In this document: piece by piece, positions 1 to 8,810 of the stretch
How positions within the stretch are numbered: the stretch's first letter is position 1
How the letters are laid out: each line of letters begins with the position of its first letter
Assembly: GCA_964474935.1 (NCBI GenBank)
Contig: CAYYUT010000001.1
Span: 1-37,172 of the forward strand
Length of the DNA: 37,172 nt
Source of the DNA: an uncultured Spirochaetales bacterium
GTDB taxonomy: Bacteria > Myxococcota_A > UBA9160 > JAFDDA01
Direction of reading: 5' to 3'
Program-made: the position numbers and the translations under genes
The notes under the pieces: model-generated
What the model was told of the DNA's origin: nothing
What the model saw: the letters and a program-made list of their open reading frames with translations, nothing else
Databases searched by the model: none

Positions 1-636
1 CCCCGCTGGTTCGGCACCGATCGCCCCGAGGAGCAGGCGGTCGCCATGGGCGAGCAGTTCGCGGCCCGACAGATCGAGCGACTGCGCGTGGTGGGCTCGA
101 ACGAGGCTACCGCGCCGGTGATCGAGGACAGCTACCGGCGCGCACTCGTCTGCCTCGATGCGCGCCTCACCGAATCGCGCTTCCTGCTCGGCGCGCGTCC
201 GTCTGCGTGCGACTTCGGCGTCTACGGTCAGCTCACCCAGCTCGTCGGGTTCGATCCCACCCCGACGGCGGTGGCGCTCGCGACGGCGCCTCGGGTGGTG
301 GCCTGGGTCGATCTGGTCGAGGACCTCTCGGGACTCGAGCCGTCCGACGACGACTGGCTCGATCCGGCCGCCCTTCCGGCCACGCTCCACGCCCTGCTCG
401 CCGAGGTGGGACGTGTCTACGTCCCCTTCCTGCTCGCGAACGCCGATGCGCTGGCGCGCGGGGCCGAGGTGGTGGATGCCACGCTCGACGGTCGCTGCTG
501 GGTGCAGCAGCCCTTCCCCTATCAGGGCAAGTGTCTCGCGTGGCTGCGCGCGGCGCACGAAGAACTCTCCGCCGGAGATCGCGCGCGCGTCGATGCACTC
601 CTGGAGGGCACCGGCTGCGAGGCCCTGTTCGCCTGA
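1..636 (+). CDS. Glutathione S-transferase-like protein, C-terminal domain region (5' end probably off-window)
   Basis: Frame 1 is open from base 1, with no stop before the listed ATG at 46; the stop is at 634-636. The translation shows a helical GST C-terminal-like pattern (LDARLTESRFLLGARPSACDFGVYGQL). No thioredoxin-like N-domain is visible, so the gene likely begins upstream of the window. Confidence 0.5.
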   Translation, partial: PRWFGTDRPEEQAVAMGEQFAARQIERLRVVGSNEATAPVIEDSYRRALVCLDARLTESRFLLGARPSACDFGVYGQLTQLVGFDPTPTAVALATAPRVVAWVDLVEDLSGLEPSDDDWLDPAALPATLHALLAEVGRVYVPFLLANADALARGAEVVDATLDGRCWVQQPFPYQGKCLAWLRAAHEELSAGDRARVDALLEGTGCEALFA

Positions 637-738
637 TCGGGCCGATGGACGAAGGGGCCGCTGTCCAGCCGAACGACCGACCTGCCGGCAGACGGGCAGG
701 GCGACCGACCGGCCTGTCCTCGGTGTGCGCCGCGCGGG

Positions 739-2892
739 CTACTTCGCGTCGAGCACGGTGACGGGCTGCCAGTCGTCGGGCGGTGGCTTGCGGTTCAGGC
801 GATTGCAGACCGTGAGCAGACGATCGGCCGAGCGGTTTCGGAAACCCTCCTTGCGCAGCGCCTGGAGCCGTTCGGCGGCCTCGCTCCAGCGTCGCGTCCG
901 GTAGAGCCCGAGCGCTTCCTCGTAGCCCCGAGCGAAGCGGAGGCGCGCTTCGGGGACCGCTCCCCGTCGTCCGAGGAGCTCGTAGATCTCGACCGGTCGG
1001 GTCTTTCCCTTGGGTTGAACGAGGTCGACCAGGCGCCACTCGAACCCCGGGGCGGCCTGCTCCGGAATCGGCGCCGCCGCCAGCACGGTGGTTCCGTAGA
1101 TCCGGTTCAACCCCTCGAGACGCGAGGCCAGATTCACTGCGTCGCCGAGCGCCGTGTACGACTGACGCCGCATCGAGCCCACGTTGCCGACCATCACGTC
1201 GCCGCACGCCAGACCAAAGCGGGTGGGGAGCGCCGGCAATCCGGCGGCGCGCCAGTCGGCGTTGAGCCGATCCAGGCGCTCGACGCATTGGAGCGTGGCC
1301 TCGACCCCGTTCCGGGTGTGGTCGGGATCGCGCCGCGGTGCGCCCCAGAAGGCCACGATCGCGTCGCCCACCAACTTGTCGACCGTGCCCTCGCGGTCGA
1401 TGATCGAGAGCATTTCCTCGAAGTAGCTGGCCATGTGGGCGGTGAGCTCTTCGGGAGTCATCGCTTCGGCGAGCGAAGTGAAACCCTCGACGTCGGTGAA
1501 CAGGATGGTGAGCGTCTCGCGCACACCCCCGATCTGGGCGGCGTCCCCGCGATCGAGAAGTTCGCGCACGATGTCGGTGGGGACGTAGCGCGCGAACGAA
1601 TCGAGGGCGCGTCGCATGCCCTCCTGCGCGTTCGCCAGCTCGCTCAGCTCGCGGAGATTCGAGGTCACCGAGGGGCCCCGACCGAGCTCGAGGCGGCGGA
1701 TGCGTTCGCTCTGGTCGGCGAGCTGGGCGAGGGGCAGGCCGTAGCGGCGCGCCAGGTGCAGCGCGAGGAAGATCGCGATCAGCAGGGCCGCGCCAGTGGC
1801 GCCGGCCACGGCACCTCGGAAGCGTTGGATCGATCCGAGCAGATCGCCTTCGGGCACGATCACGACCATCGCGAAGCGGCGATCGGGGTGGCGGCGCACC
1901 ACCTGGCTTCCCGCCCAGTGGGTCTGGCCGGCGCTCTGGAAGGTGAAGGGACGCACCTCGAGCTCGGAGGCCGGTGCGGTCCCGCTGACCTCCCGCGCGC
2001 GGACTGCGTCGATCAGCAAGGGGACGCCCACGTTCTCGGGATGCTGGAGGAGCGCGTCGCGCCGGGCCTTGGGGTCGCGGAAGCGCGGGTCGCGCGGCAG
2101 GCCGATCAGTCGCCGATCGGCCGAGAGGATTCCCGCCACCCCTTTTGGTGAGATCTCGATCGACCGCGTGAAGTCGGAGATGTCGCTGAGAAGCACGTCG
2201 AGCGCCACGACGAAGCGCTCGCCGCCCGCGGCCCGGGCATGGATCGCGGCGCTGATCCCCGGTTCGCTGCTGGTGAAGAAGGTGTAGGGATCGGTCCAGT
2301 ACACATTCTGCGGGAGATCGAGATCCGGCTCGAGCGTGCGCGCGCCCTCGTCGGCCACGCGGTACCAGGCACGGTCGCGCGGATCGAAGCGCTCGTCGTC
2401 GGCCGGCTCCTCGATCGTCCAGGCGCGCTGCTGCGCGCCGCTCGCCGACCATTCGCGCATTCGCACGGAACGCCCATGGCGGCTCGGATCGACGCGTCGC
2501 GTGATCCATCCTTCGGGACGCCGGATCAGGTTCATGCCGCGCCCGCGGGCGTCCCCGACGCTTACCGCCGAGATCTGCGGGTGGGTGCGGAGAATCGGGA
2601 CGAAGAGCTCGACCAGACCCTCGGGATCGTCGGGATCGAGCAGACCGGCCTCGGCCCAGCCCTGGGAAGCGCCGAGATTGCGTTCGATCGGCTCGAAGAA
2701 CCGGGCCATTTCGGCGCGGGTTCGCTCGAGGGTGCGACCGATCAGCTGCTCGGCCGTGAGCGAGGCCACTCGTCGCGCGGTGTAGCCGGTCGCGGCGAGA
2801 ATGGTGATCGCGAGCCCCAGGATCAGCAGTCCGAGACTGCGGAAGAGACTCCAACGGATCGTGATGGTTTCGGGGGCCGGAGCGCTGGCCAT
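739..2892 (-). CDS. Membrane-bound class III adenylate/guanylate cyclase with periplasmic Cache-like sensor and HAMP linker
   Basis: 717-aa ORF with ATG at 2892 (plus-strand cat at 2890-2892). Domain order is N-terminal TM helix (LFRSLGLLILGLAITILAATGY), a roughly 330-aa extracytoplasmic region, a second TM (GATGAALLIAIFLALHLA), a HAMP-like segment, then a cyclase catalytic core (LTILFTDVEGFTSLAE ... VGDAIVAFWGAP ... GNVGS ... YTALGDAVNLASRLE). A roughly 90-aa C-terminal helical extension follows. Confidence 0.85.
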   Translation of the reverse strand: MASAPAPETITIRWSLFRSLGLLILGLAITILAATGYTARRVASLTAEQLIGRTLERTRAEMARFFEPIERNLGASQGWAEAGLLDPDDPEGLVELFVPILRTHPQISAVSVGDARGRGMNLIRRPEGWITRRVDPSRHGRSVRMREWSASGAQQRAWTIEEPADDERFDPRDRAWYRVADEGARTLEPDLDLPQNVYWTDPYTFFTSSEPGISAAIHARAAGGERFVVALDVLLSDISDFTRSIEISPKGVAGILSADRRLIGLPRDPRFRDPKARRDALLQHPENVGVPLLIDAVRAREVSGTAPASELEVRPFTFQSAGQTHWAGSQVVRRHPDRRFAMVVIVPEGDLLGSIQRFRGAVAGATGAALLIAIFLALHLARRYGLPLAQLADQSERIRRLELGRGPSVTSNLRELSELANAQEGMRRALDSFARYVPTDIVRELLDRGDAAQIGGVRETLTILFTDVEGFTSLAEAMTPEELTAHMASYFEEMLSIIDREGTVDKLVGDAIVAFWGAPRRDPDHTRNGVEATLQCVERLDRLNADWRAAGLPALPTRFGLACGDVMVGNVGSMRRQSYTALGDAVNLASRLEGLNRIYGTTVLAAAPIPEQAAPGFEWRLVDLVQPKGKTRPVEIYELLGRRGAVPEARLRFARGYEEALGLYRTRRWSEAAERLQALRKEGFRNRSADRLLTVCNRLNRKPPPDDWQPVTVLDAK

Positions 2893-3026
2893 GCTTCGAA
2901 GTTAGCGGGTGCCTGGAATCGCCGTGGATGCACCGTCGAAGCGATGCCTGCCCACCGTGGCTCGCGGGTCGCCGATCGTCGGCGCGATCGCCTGCGGCGT
3001 CCGACGCCCGTGTCCGGCTGGATGGT

Positions 3027-3728
3027 TCAACGCAGCTCGAGCCACACTTCGTTGCGTCGCAGGAACCAGGGCATGAAGGGCGCGTTGTAGCGGGCGTAGA
3101 TCGGAGCGCCCGTCGACTCGAGCCCTGCCGCCTCCACCGCCGCGCGCAGGGTCTCGGCTTGCGCCTCGAAGCGCGAGCCGCGCCAGAATCCGCTGAAGCG
3201 TCGTGCGGCGACGCGACGCCCCGGCACCGAGCGGATCCGGACCCGCGGGTCGGTGGGCTCGGGTAGCGTCTCGGGCGAGAATCGGCTCGGCATGATGAAG
3301 CGGTAGGTCCAGCGGCCCGTGTCCTCCCCGGCCGAGCGTTCCTGCACCACGGGCGCCGTCATCTCGATCTTCTCGCCAGCAGGCTCGGCCACCCGGTTCG
3401 TCACCGGAGCGGTCATCGCGATCTTCTCGTCGCTCCGATTGTCTCCGAAGATGAATCCGGCCAGGATTCGAAAGGCCACGTTCCCGGAATCCTCGAAGCT
3501 ACCCTCGACCTCCGTCTCCGCCACCAGCACGGGCGCGTACTGACGGACCTCGAAGGTCTCGTACTCGGCGGTGACCTCGTACCCGGGTTGCTCGTAGGCC
3601 ATGGACGTGCCCCCCGAGAGAAGGATGGCCGAGAGGGTCGCGGCGAGGGTCGCGCGCCGAACCCGGGATCGCGAAGGCGGGCGGCGCATCGTGCCCCGCC
3701 ACGTCGAAGCTCGAGGCGCGGTGTTCAT
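3027..3728 (-). CDS. SOUL heme-binding-family protein, secreted (possible Tat-type signal)
   Basis: The C-terminal roughly 200 aa match the SOUL/HBP pattern (YEVTAEYETFEVRQYAPVLVAETEV ... AFRILAGFIFGDN ... IAMTAPV ... IEMTAPV ... YNAPFMPWFLRRNEVWLEL). The ATG at 3728 forms an ATGA overlap with the upstream gene's stop (3725-3727). The N-terminus has RR followed by a hydrophobic stretch (SRVRRATLAATLSAILL). An alternative ATG lies at 3689. Confidence 0.8.
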   Translation of the reverse strand: MNTAPRASTWRGTMRRPPSRSRVRRATLAATLSAILLSGGTSMAYEQPGYEVTAEYETFEVRQYAPVLVAETEVEGSFEDSGNVAFRILAGFIFGDNRSDEKIAMTAPVTNRVAEPAGEKIEMTAPVVQERSAGEDTGRWTYRFIMPSRFSPETLPEPTDPRVRIRSVPGRRVAARRFSGFWRGSRFEAQAETLRAAVEAAGLESTGAPIYARYNAPFMPWFLRRNEVWLELR

Positions 3729-4720
3729 GGGGAGAGCGTATCTCGCGACGCCGGCGGAGCGAGGGTCTCGCGTGGGATCTCGCAGTAGGCGATGTCGCGA
3801 CGCTGCCAGGTGTAGCTGACGTGCAGGCTCCGCTCGCTCGCGACGACGGCGGGGTACGAGTATTCGCCGCGTCCCGTCTCGAGTTCGACCGCGACGCGCC
3901 AGACGGCGCCCCCGACGTCCGATACGGCCACGACCAGCGGAGTCCGCGCCGCCCAGTTCCCCGAGACGGGGTTCAGCACCAGGGCGAGCCGCCCGCCGTC
4001 GAGCGACACGAGGTCGAGACCGCTGTTGTTGTTCGGGAGCGAGGTGCGACGGATCGGCGACCAGGTCTCGCCGCCATCGCTCGAGTCGCTCCGGCACACC
4101 TGGCCGCAGGTGCTGCGGGCGAGCAGATGCACGCGCCCCGGCGCCGACTCCCAGAGCGTGGGTTGGATCACGCCCTTGCCTCCGAAACCGATGCGGCGGC
4201 GGGGGATCGTGTCCGACGCGGTCCAGTGTCGGCCCTCGTCGTCGCTGCGATCGACGAACACGTCCCAGGCGAGCCGGGACTCGAGCGACGCGCCCGCCAG
4301 CCAGCGGCCGCTCACGAGTCGGATGGGCTTGCAGCGGACGGGGCCGCGCCCGCCGCGGTCGCCCGGAACCAGCTCGACGGGAGGCGACCAGCTGCGACCG
4401 CCGTCACTCGAGACCGAGCGCCAGGTCTCCCAGCGCCGGATGCTCCGCCCCACCTTGAAGAACAGGTGGATGGTGCCCTCCCGATCGGCGAAGAGCACCG
4501 GATTCCAATGCGGCTCGGGCCGCACCCGCGCAATCTGGAAGGCGGCCTGCCAACCCGTCGCATCGCGCCGTGCGCCGTGGATCGCGACATCGTCCGCGCC
4601 CTCTCGGCTGCCGCCGAACCAGGCGGCGAGCACCTCGCCGCCTGGAAGCGCGAGCAGGGTCGATGCGTGACAGGACGACGTGGGCGACGCATCGCCGAGG
4701 ATCCGCTCGCGGACGATCAA
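3725..4720 (-). CDS. BNR-repeat (sialidase/exo-alpha-sialidase-like) beta-propeller protein
   Basis: Three Asp-box motifs are present (SSDGGRSWS, SDDEGRHWT, SSDGGETWS). The N-terminal motif SCHASTLLALPGGEVLAAWFGGSREG is typical of the BNR_2 family. The only in-frame start upstream of that motif and downstream of the preceding gene is TTG at 4720, which overlaps the upstream stop (TTGA, 4717-4720). No signal peptide is evident. Confidence 0.75.
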   Translation of the reverse strand: MIVRERILGDASPTSSCHASTLLALPGGEVLAAWFGGSREGADDVAIHGARRDATGWQAAFQIARVRPEPHWNPVLFADREGTIHLFFKVGRSIRRWETWRSVSSDGGRSWSPPVELVPGDRGGRGPVRCKPIRLVSGRWLAGASLESRLAWDVFVDRSDDEGRHWTASDTIPRRRIGFGGKGVIQPTLWESAPGRVHLLARSTCGQVCRSDSSDGGETWSPIRRTSLPNNNSGLDLVSLDGGRLALVLNPVSGNWAARTPLVVAVSDVGGAVWRVAVELETGRGEYSYPAVVASERSLHVSYTWQRRDIAYCEIPRETLAPPASRDTLSP

Positions 4721-5430
4721 GCGACCGGGCGTCGGCGTCGCCCGAGGCCGGCGAGGAGCGTCGTAGCGCCCGCCGCCGCGAGCAGCCCTGCGCGTCGCGG
4801 CTCGGGGACGACATCGGTCGAGCCCAGGATCGCGAACGCGAAGCTCGGCCCTCCGGGCCGGCTCGGCGCCGCGATGCTCACGACCCCGGCGAACAGGCGA
4901 TCTCCCGGGGCGAGCGAGGCGAACGACGCGTAGATCCGCGGGCTCGACCCTCCCGCGGCGAGCGAATCCTCGACGAACCCGAACGACGCGGCCGGTGGGC
5001 TCCCGATGCTGGCCCCCGTGGGCGCGAGGGGCCCGCCGGGCAGGAAGCCGGCTCCAGTGACGGCGATCGTGTCCTCGAGCCCGAAGTCGGGGCCCGCCGA
5101 GGCCGAGACCACCAGACCGTCGAAGAGGCCGGCGAGGATCTCGATCTCGAGCACCACGCTCGGGTCGGAGGCGGCGGTGCTGCCCGTCAGGGTGGTGAAG
5201 CCGGTCGGAACCCCCGTCGTCCACCCGATCACCTGCACCGAGGCGAAGGGCTCGCCGGGCGACTCGGCGCTGGCGATCGGGAACGGGTTGGGTTCGAACC
5301 CGAGGGCCTGGGCGCGGGTCGCTCCGAAGACCGCGATCGACGCACTCACCAGCGTCGCGAACGCCAGGCGGCCGAGGCTCGCGACACGGAGCGAGCAGCG
5401 CGACGGAAGCTGCGGGGGGGTGTGCGACAC
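4717..5430 (-). CDS. PEP-CTERM sorting-domain secreted protein
   Basis: The C-terminus VPEPRRAGLLAAAGATTLLAGLGRRRRPVA has a PEP motif, a hydrophobic helix and an Arg cluster. An N-terminal signal peptide is present (LGRLAFATLVSASIAVFGATRAQA). A GTG start at 5430 is preceded by GGAGAGG 7 nt upstream. The ORF-track start at 5565 would add an Arg-rich, non-protein-like leader. Confidence 0.75.
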   Translation of the reverse strand: MSHTPPQLPSRCSLRVASLGRLAFATLVSASIAVFGATRAQALGFEPNPFPIASAESPGEPFASVQVIGWTTGVPTGFTTLTGSTAASDPSVVLEIEILAGLFDGLVVSASAGPDFGLEDTIAVTGAGFLPGGPLAPTGASIGSPPAASFGFVEDSLAAGGSSPRIYASFASLAPGDRLFAGVVSIAAPSRPGGPSFAFAILGSTDVVPEPRRAGLLAAAGATTLLAGLGRRRRPVA

Positions 5431-5658
5431 GCTTCGGCCTCTCCAACACGCCTGGGACCGGCTCGGATTCGACCTGAGCCGAGAGCGCTCGATTCTACCG
5501 GAACGAATCGGCGGATGGGCAGCTCGAGCATGTCTCGCTCGCCGGTTCTGCCCGCATGACCGCATTGGCGTTCGCGCGCCTCGGGAGGCAGCCCACGTGC
5601 ATCTCGCCAGCCGCGACGGGATCGCCAGCGCCCGCTCCGAGCTCCGGCCCGGATCGGG

Positions 5659-6441
5659 TCAGCCCGGCGAGCGCCAGTCGGCGAGCTTCTTCGCGATCTG
5701 GCTGCGTACGTCGTCGAGCAGGGCCTTGGGATCCTCGCCCGCCTGTCGCTCGATCGGATCGCCGATCCAGACCCGGATCCCGACACCGAAGGGAACCGGG
5801 AACATGTTGTATCGCAGGAGCCGCCACGATTCGTCGATCGCGATCGGGACGATCGGGACCCCGGGTGCCGCCCCGAGCAGCGACGAGGCGCCAGCGGGAC
5901 GGAAGGCGCCGAGCTCGCCCCGGCGGGCACGCGTGCCTTCCGGGAAGAGCGCCGCCGAGTAGGTGCTCTCCGACGCCACCCGTCGACCGAGCGCCTCGAT
6001 GGCGCGGGTCGCCTGGGCGCGGTCGCCGCGGTCGATCAGGGCGTGGCCGCCAGTGCGAAGGTGGTACGACACGCTCGGGATGCGCCGTGCGAGCTCGCGC
6101 TTCGACACGAAGCGCGGATGATTCGTGAAGAGCAGCCCGCCGATCAGCACGATGTCGAACATGCTCTGGTGATTCGAGAGGAACAGATAGGACGTGTTTG
6201 GCCGAACCCGAGGCGAGCGCTCGACGCGGACGCTCGCGCCGGCGACACGGCACACCTGGATCATGGTCCATTGCAGGCAGGCGGCGGCGAAGTCGTAGCT
6301 CTGGCGGCCGAGGCGACGCGCGATCCGGAGCACGACCTCGTACACCACCAGCGTTCCGCCGAACGCGATCAGGAACGGGATCGTGACGATCCAGTCGATC
6401 GGGCGAGGTCGGGCGTCGTCGGCCACGGCCCAGATTGTCAC
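5659..6441 (-). CDS. 1-acyl-sn-glycerol-3-phosphate (lysophospholipid) acyltransferase, PlsC family
   Basis: Carries the HX4D motif (NHQSMFD), FPEGTR, and an N-terminal TM helix (IDWIVTIPFLIAFGGTLVVY). I chose the GTG at 6441 because the ORF-track start at 6579 would overlap the upstream gene by about 80 nt. The start is uncertain. Confidence 0.75.
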   Translation of the reverse strand: MTIWAVADDARPRPIDWIVTIPFLIAFGGTLVVYEVVLRIARRLGRQSYDFAAACLQWTMIQVCRVAGASVRVERSPRVRPNTSYLFLSNHQSMFDIVLIGGLLFTNHPRFVSKRELARRIPSVSYHLRTGGHALIDRGDRAQATRAIEALGRRVASESTYSAALFPEGTRARRGELGAFRPAGASSLLGAAPGVPIVPIAIDESWRLLRYNMFPVPFGVGIRVWIGDPIERQAGEDPKALLDDVRSQIAKKLADWRSPG

Positions 6442-6497
6442 ACGGACCGGGCCGCCGCTCCACCCCGCGCGCTCTGCTGTGCGAGGTGGCGGGCCTC

Positions 6498-7001
6498 TCA
6501 GTGGAGCCAGGCGAAGCTCGCGATCGTGGCGTCGAAGTCGCTCGCGAAGTCGGGATAGCGGCGCTCGGGCGCCAGGCACTGGAGCGATACGCCCGTGCCC
6601 GTGCGCACGAAGTGGAGGTCGGCCGTGCGGAAGTGATCGCCTCCCACCGTCATGCGGGTCTCGCCCCGGATGCCGCGGATGCCGCCGACCAGGACGTCCT
6701 CGGTGCGCCGGCGCTGCAGCTGCACCGAGCCGCCCTGCCGGCGGGCCAGGTCGATCAGGTCGTCGACCTCGGCGTCTCGCGGTACGTCCTGGACCTGCAG
6801 CACGCAGCTGCTCTCCTCATCGGGACTCACCACCGCGAAGGTGGCGACCGGGATGCGCTCGTGTTTCCAGCCCTCCGGGAAGTGGATACGGAAGCCCGTC
6901 TCGAGGTCCTGGTAGACGCCGTCGTCGAACGAGGTTCCGTCCGCGCGGATGAACATCGCGGTGGCGAAGACGAGGACGGCGACGACGACGAGATGTCTCA
7001 C
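6498..7001 (-). CDS. Small secreted hypothetical protein
   Basis: 167-aa ORF with a GTG start at 7001 (plus-strand cac at 6999-7001). It has a signal peptide (RHLVVVAVLVFATAMFIRADG), balanced amino-acid composition and high GC3. The stop lies 56 nt upstream of the acyltransferase start. No family recognised. Confidence 0.6.
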   Translation of the reverse strand: MRHLVVVAVLVFATAMFIRADGTSFDDGVYQDLETGFRIHFPEGWKHERIPVATFAVVSPDEESSCVLQVQDVPRDAEVDDLIDLARRQGGSVQLQRRRTEDVLVGGIRGIRGETRMTVGGDHFRTADLHFVRTGTGVSLQCLAPERRYPDFASDFDATIASFAWLH

Positions 7002-7226
7002 GGTGTGCGCAACGGGCGGCGGCCGGGCGAACTTGAGCCTCGCTGCGGCGACCGCGTCCAGTTCCGTGGTTGTTTGCCGACTGCCTGCCGCTGGCGAGCG
7101 GGGGAGGTTCCGTCGGCCCTGGAGTGGCCGGCCGTGGCGCGGCCTCGCGGCGGGCTCTCGAGGCCGTGGCGTGGCCGGGCGCGTCGCGGGAGTCCCCCTG
7201 GCTCGGGCCTGCTCGTGGACCGGCGC

Positions 7227-8810
7227 TCAGCCCGGCGGTTGGAGCTGGCTGGCGAGCGCGTCGACGAGCGCCGCCGCGTCCGAGGCATCTCGGCCGGTCC
7301 CGAACACGACGTGGTCGGGCCGCACGAGAACGTGCGACGCCTCGATGGATGCGAACCACTCGGCGTAGCGGCCCTCGACGTCCTCGACCCGTGTGACGCC
7401 ATCGGTGCGAGCGTCGACAGGGGGCGCGGTGCCCTTCGGGTCGAGCACGGTGTGATGGCCCCCGAGGCGGCGGAAGTGCGCGTCCGTCGCGCCGACGAAC
7501 GCGGGCAGCGGCTCCGACGAGAGCAGGCGGAGACCTGCGCCGGTGGTCTCGTCGAGCAGCCGGGGCTCGCCCGTGGTGTCGCGAACGGTCGCCTGGAGCG
7601 CGAGGCCGCCCACCGCCGGGCTCCGGGGTGCCGGTTGGAGCAGTCCGTCGGCGAATCGTGGCATGGCCGGCGCCGGCACGCGCTCCGCGCCCGCAGCGAG
7701 CAGGCGCTCGTCGCGCGCGCGGGCTTGCTCTGTATCCTGGGTGCAGATGATCCGACCCATCTCGATCGCGAGCCCGATGATCTCGCGCACGTGCGGGATC
7801 CGTTCCGTCTCGTAGGTCGCGAGGAGCGCCTCGCTGGCACGGCCCCGCAGCACCCACTCGAGCTTCCACGCGAGATTCATGGCGTCGCGGATCCCCGAGC
7901 ACATGCCCTGACCCAGGAATGGCGGCATCTGATGCGCGGCGTCTCCCGCGATCAGGAGCCGACCGCGTCGCCACGAGCGCCCGACGAGCGCATGGAACCG
8001 GTAGAGCGCGGAGCGAATGATGCGCACCGAGTCGGGTGCGACCCACTCCGAGACGAGCGCGCGCACCCGCGCGTCCGACTTCATCTCGTCGCCCTCGCCC
8101 GGGCGGAGCATGAACTCCCAACGGATGTAGGGACCCGAGAGCGGTACGAAGGTGACGGGGCGGGCCGGGTCGCAGCGCTGCACCATGACCGCGGGAAGGC
8201 CGAGCTCGGCCGGCGGACGGTCGATCATCGCGTCGACCACGAGCCAGGGCTCGTCGAAGCCGAGGTCGTCGAGTGCGAGGCCCGCGGCGCGGCGGGTCGG
8301 GCTCGAGGCGCCGTCGCAGCCCACCACGTAGGCGGCGCACAGGGTTTCCTCGCGCCCGGCCGCGTCGCGCAGGCGCAGGGCCACGCCCGCCGCCTCCTCC
8401 CGGATCGCGGAGACCTCCCAGCCGAGGCGCACGCTCACCGACGCGTGGCGCTCGGCGCCGTCGCGGAGGGCCTGCTCGAGCGAGGGCTGATGGAAGGTGT
8501 AGTGCGGCTTCCAACCCTGCGAGGTCTGCTCGCCGCGGATGTCGAAGTGCAGGATCTCGCGGCCTTCTCCGTTCACGAACACGTAGGCCTCGGCCGGCCC
8601 GGTATGGGGCAGGATCGCGTCAGCGAGCCCCAGGCTCTGGAACACGCGCATGATCTCGTCGTCGAAGTGGACGGCGCGGGGCAGGGCGTAGACCTCGGGC
8701 TCGCGCTCGACCACGACCGTGCGGACGCCACTCGCCCCGAGCAGGTTGGCGAGCGCGGCGCCCGTGGGGCCGAAGCCGACGATGGCGACGTCGAAGGCCT
8801 CATCCGGCAC
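7227..8810 (-). CDS. FAD-dependent aromatic-ring monooxygenase (MhpA / 3-(3-hydroxyphenyl)propionate hydroxylase-like)
   Basis: Carries the dinucleotide-binding motif DVAIVGFGPTGAALANLL, CDGASSPTR, and GDAAHQMPPFLGQGMCSGIRDAMNLAWKL. A GTG start at 8810 is preceded by GGAGAGAG. It overlaps the end of the upstream dioxygenase gene by 11 nt. Confidence 0.85.
   Translation of the reverse strand: MPDEAFDVAIVGFGPTGAALANLLGASGVRTVVVEREPEVYALPRAVHFDDEIMRVFQSLGLADAILPHTGPAEAYVFVNGEGREILHFDIRGEQTSQGWKPHYTFHQPSLEQALRDGAERHASVSVRLGWEVSAIREEAAGVALRLRDAAGREETLCAAYVVGCDGASSPTRRAAGLALDDLGFDEPWLVVDAMIDRPPAELGLPAVMVQRCDPARPVTFVPLSGPYIRWEFMLRPGEGDEMKSDARVRALVSEWVAPDSVRIIRSALYRFHALVGRSWRRGRLLIAGDAAHQMPPFLGQGMCSGIRDAMNLAWKLEWVLRGRASEALLATYETERIPHVREIIGLAIEMGRIICTQDTEQARARDERLLAAGAERVPAPAMPRFADGLLQPAPRSPAVGGLALQATVRDTTGEPRLLDETTGAGLRLLSSEPLPAFVGATDAHFRRLGGHHTVLDPKGTAPPVDARTDGVTRVEDVEGRYAEWFASIEASHVLVRPDHVVFGTGRDASDAAALVDALASQLQPPG

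Noticed and set aside
681-700. Hairpin/palindrome cctgccggcagacgggcagg between the convergent GST-like and cyclase genes
   Set aside because: The stem is only 6 bp, with competing alternative pairing (CTGCCGGCAG) and no T-tract. This is too weak to call a terminator.
233-2854. 873-aa minus-strand ORF overlapping the cyclase gene in another frame, with similar long ORFs at 1015-2151 and 2239-3090 on the plus strand
   Set aside because: The composition is extremely Arg/Pro/Gly/Ala-rich, with no recognisable motifs. This is typical of off-frame and antisense ORFs in very GC-rich DNA. The cyclase frame has clear domain motifs.
6442-6579. Upstream ORF-track starts that extend genes: 6579 for the acyltransferase, 9840 for the VOC dioxygenase, 10651 for FAH, 4097 for SOUL, 5565 for PEP-CTERM, 13532 for the OmpA-like gene, 26085 for the pseudouridine synthase
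   Set aside because: The extensions are Arg/Pro-rich and lack an RBS. They overlap neighbouring genes or precede obvious signal peptides or conserved N-termini. Downstream starts with SD-like motifs or stop/start overlaps fit better.
7130-7176. Direct repeat GGCCGTGGCG(C/T)GGCC (7130-7144 and 7162-7176) flanking a 7-bp-stem hairpin (ggcctcg...cgaggcc, 7141-7165) downstream of the monooxygenase gene
   Set aside because: It could be a terminator for the minus-strand operon. However, the stem is short, the loop is 11 nt, there is no U-tract on either strand, and such GC-rich self-complementarity is expected by chance in this composition.
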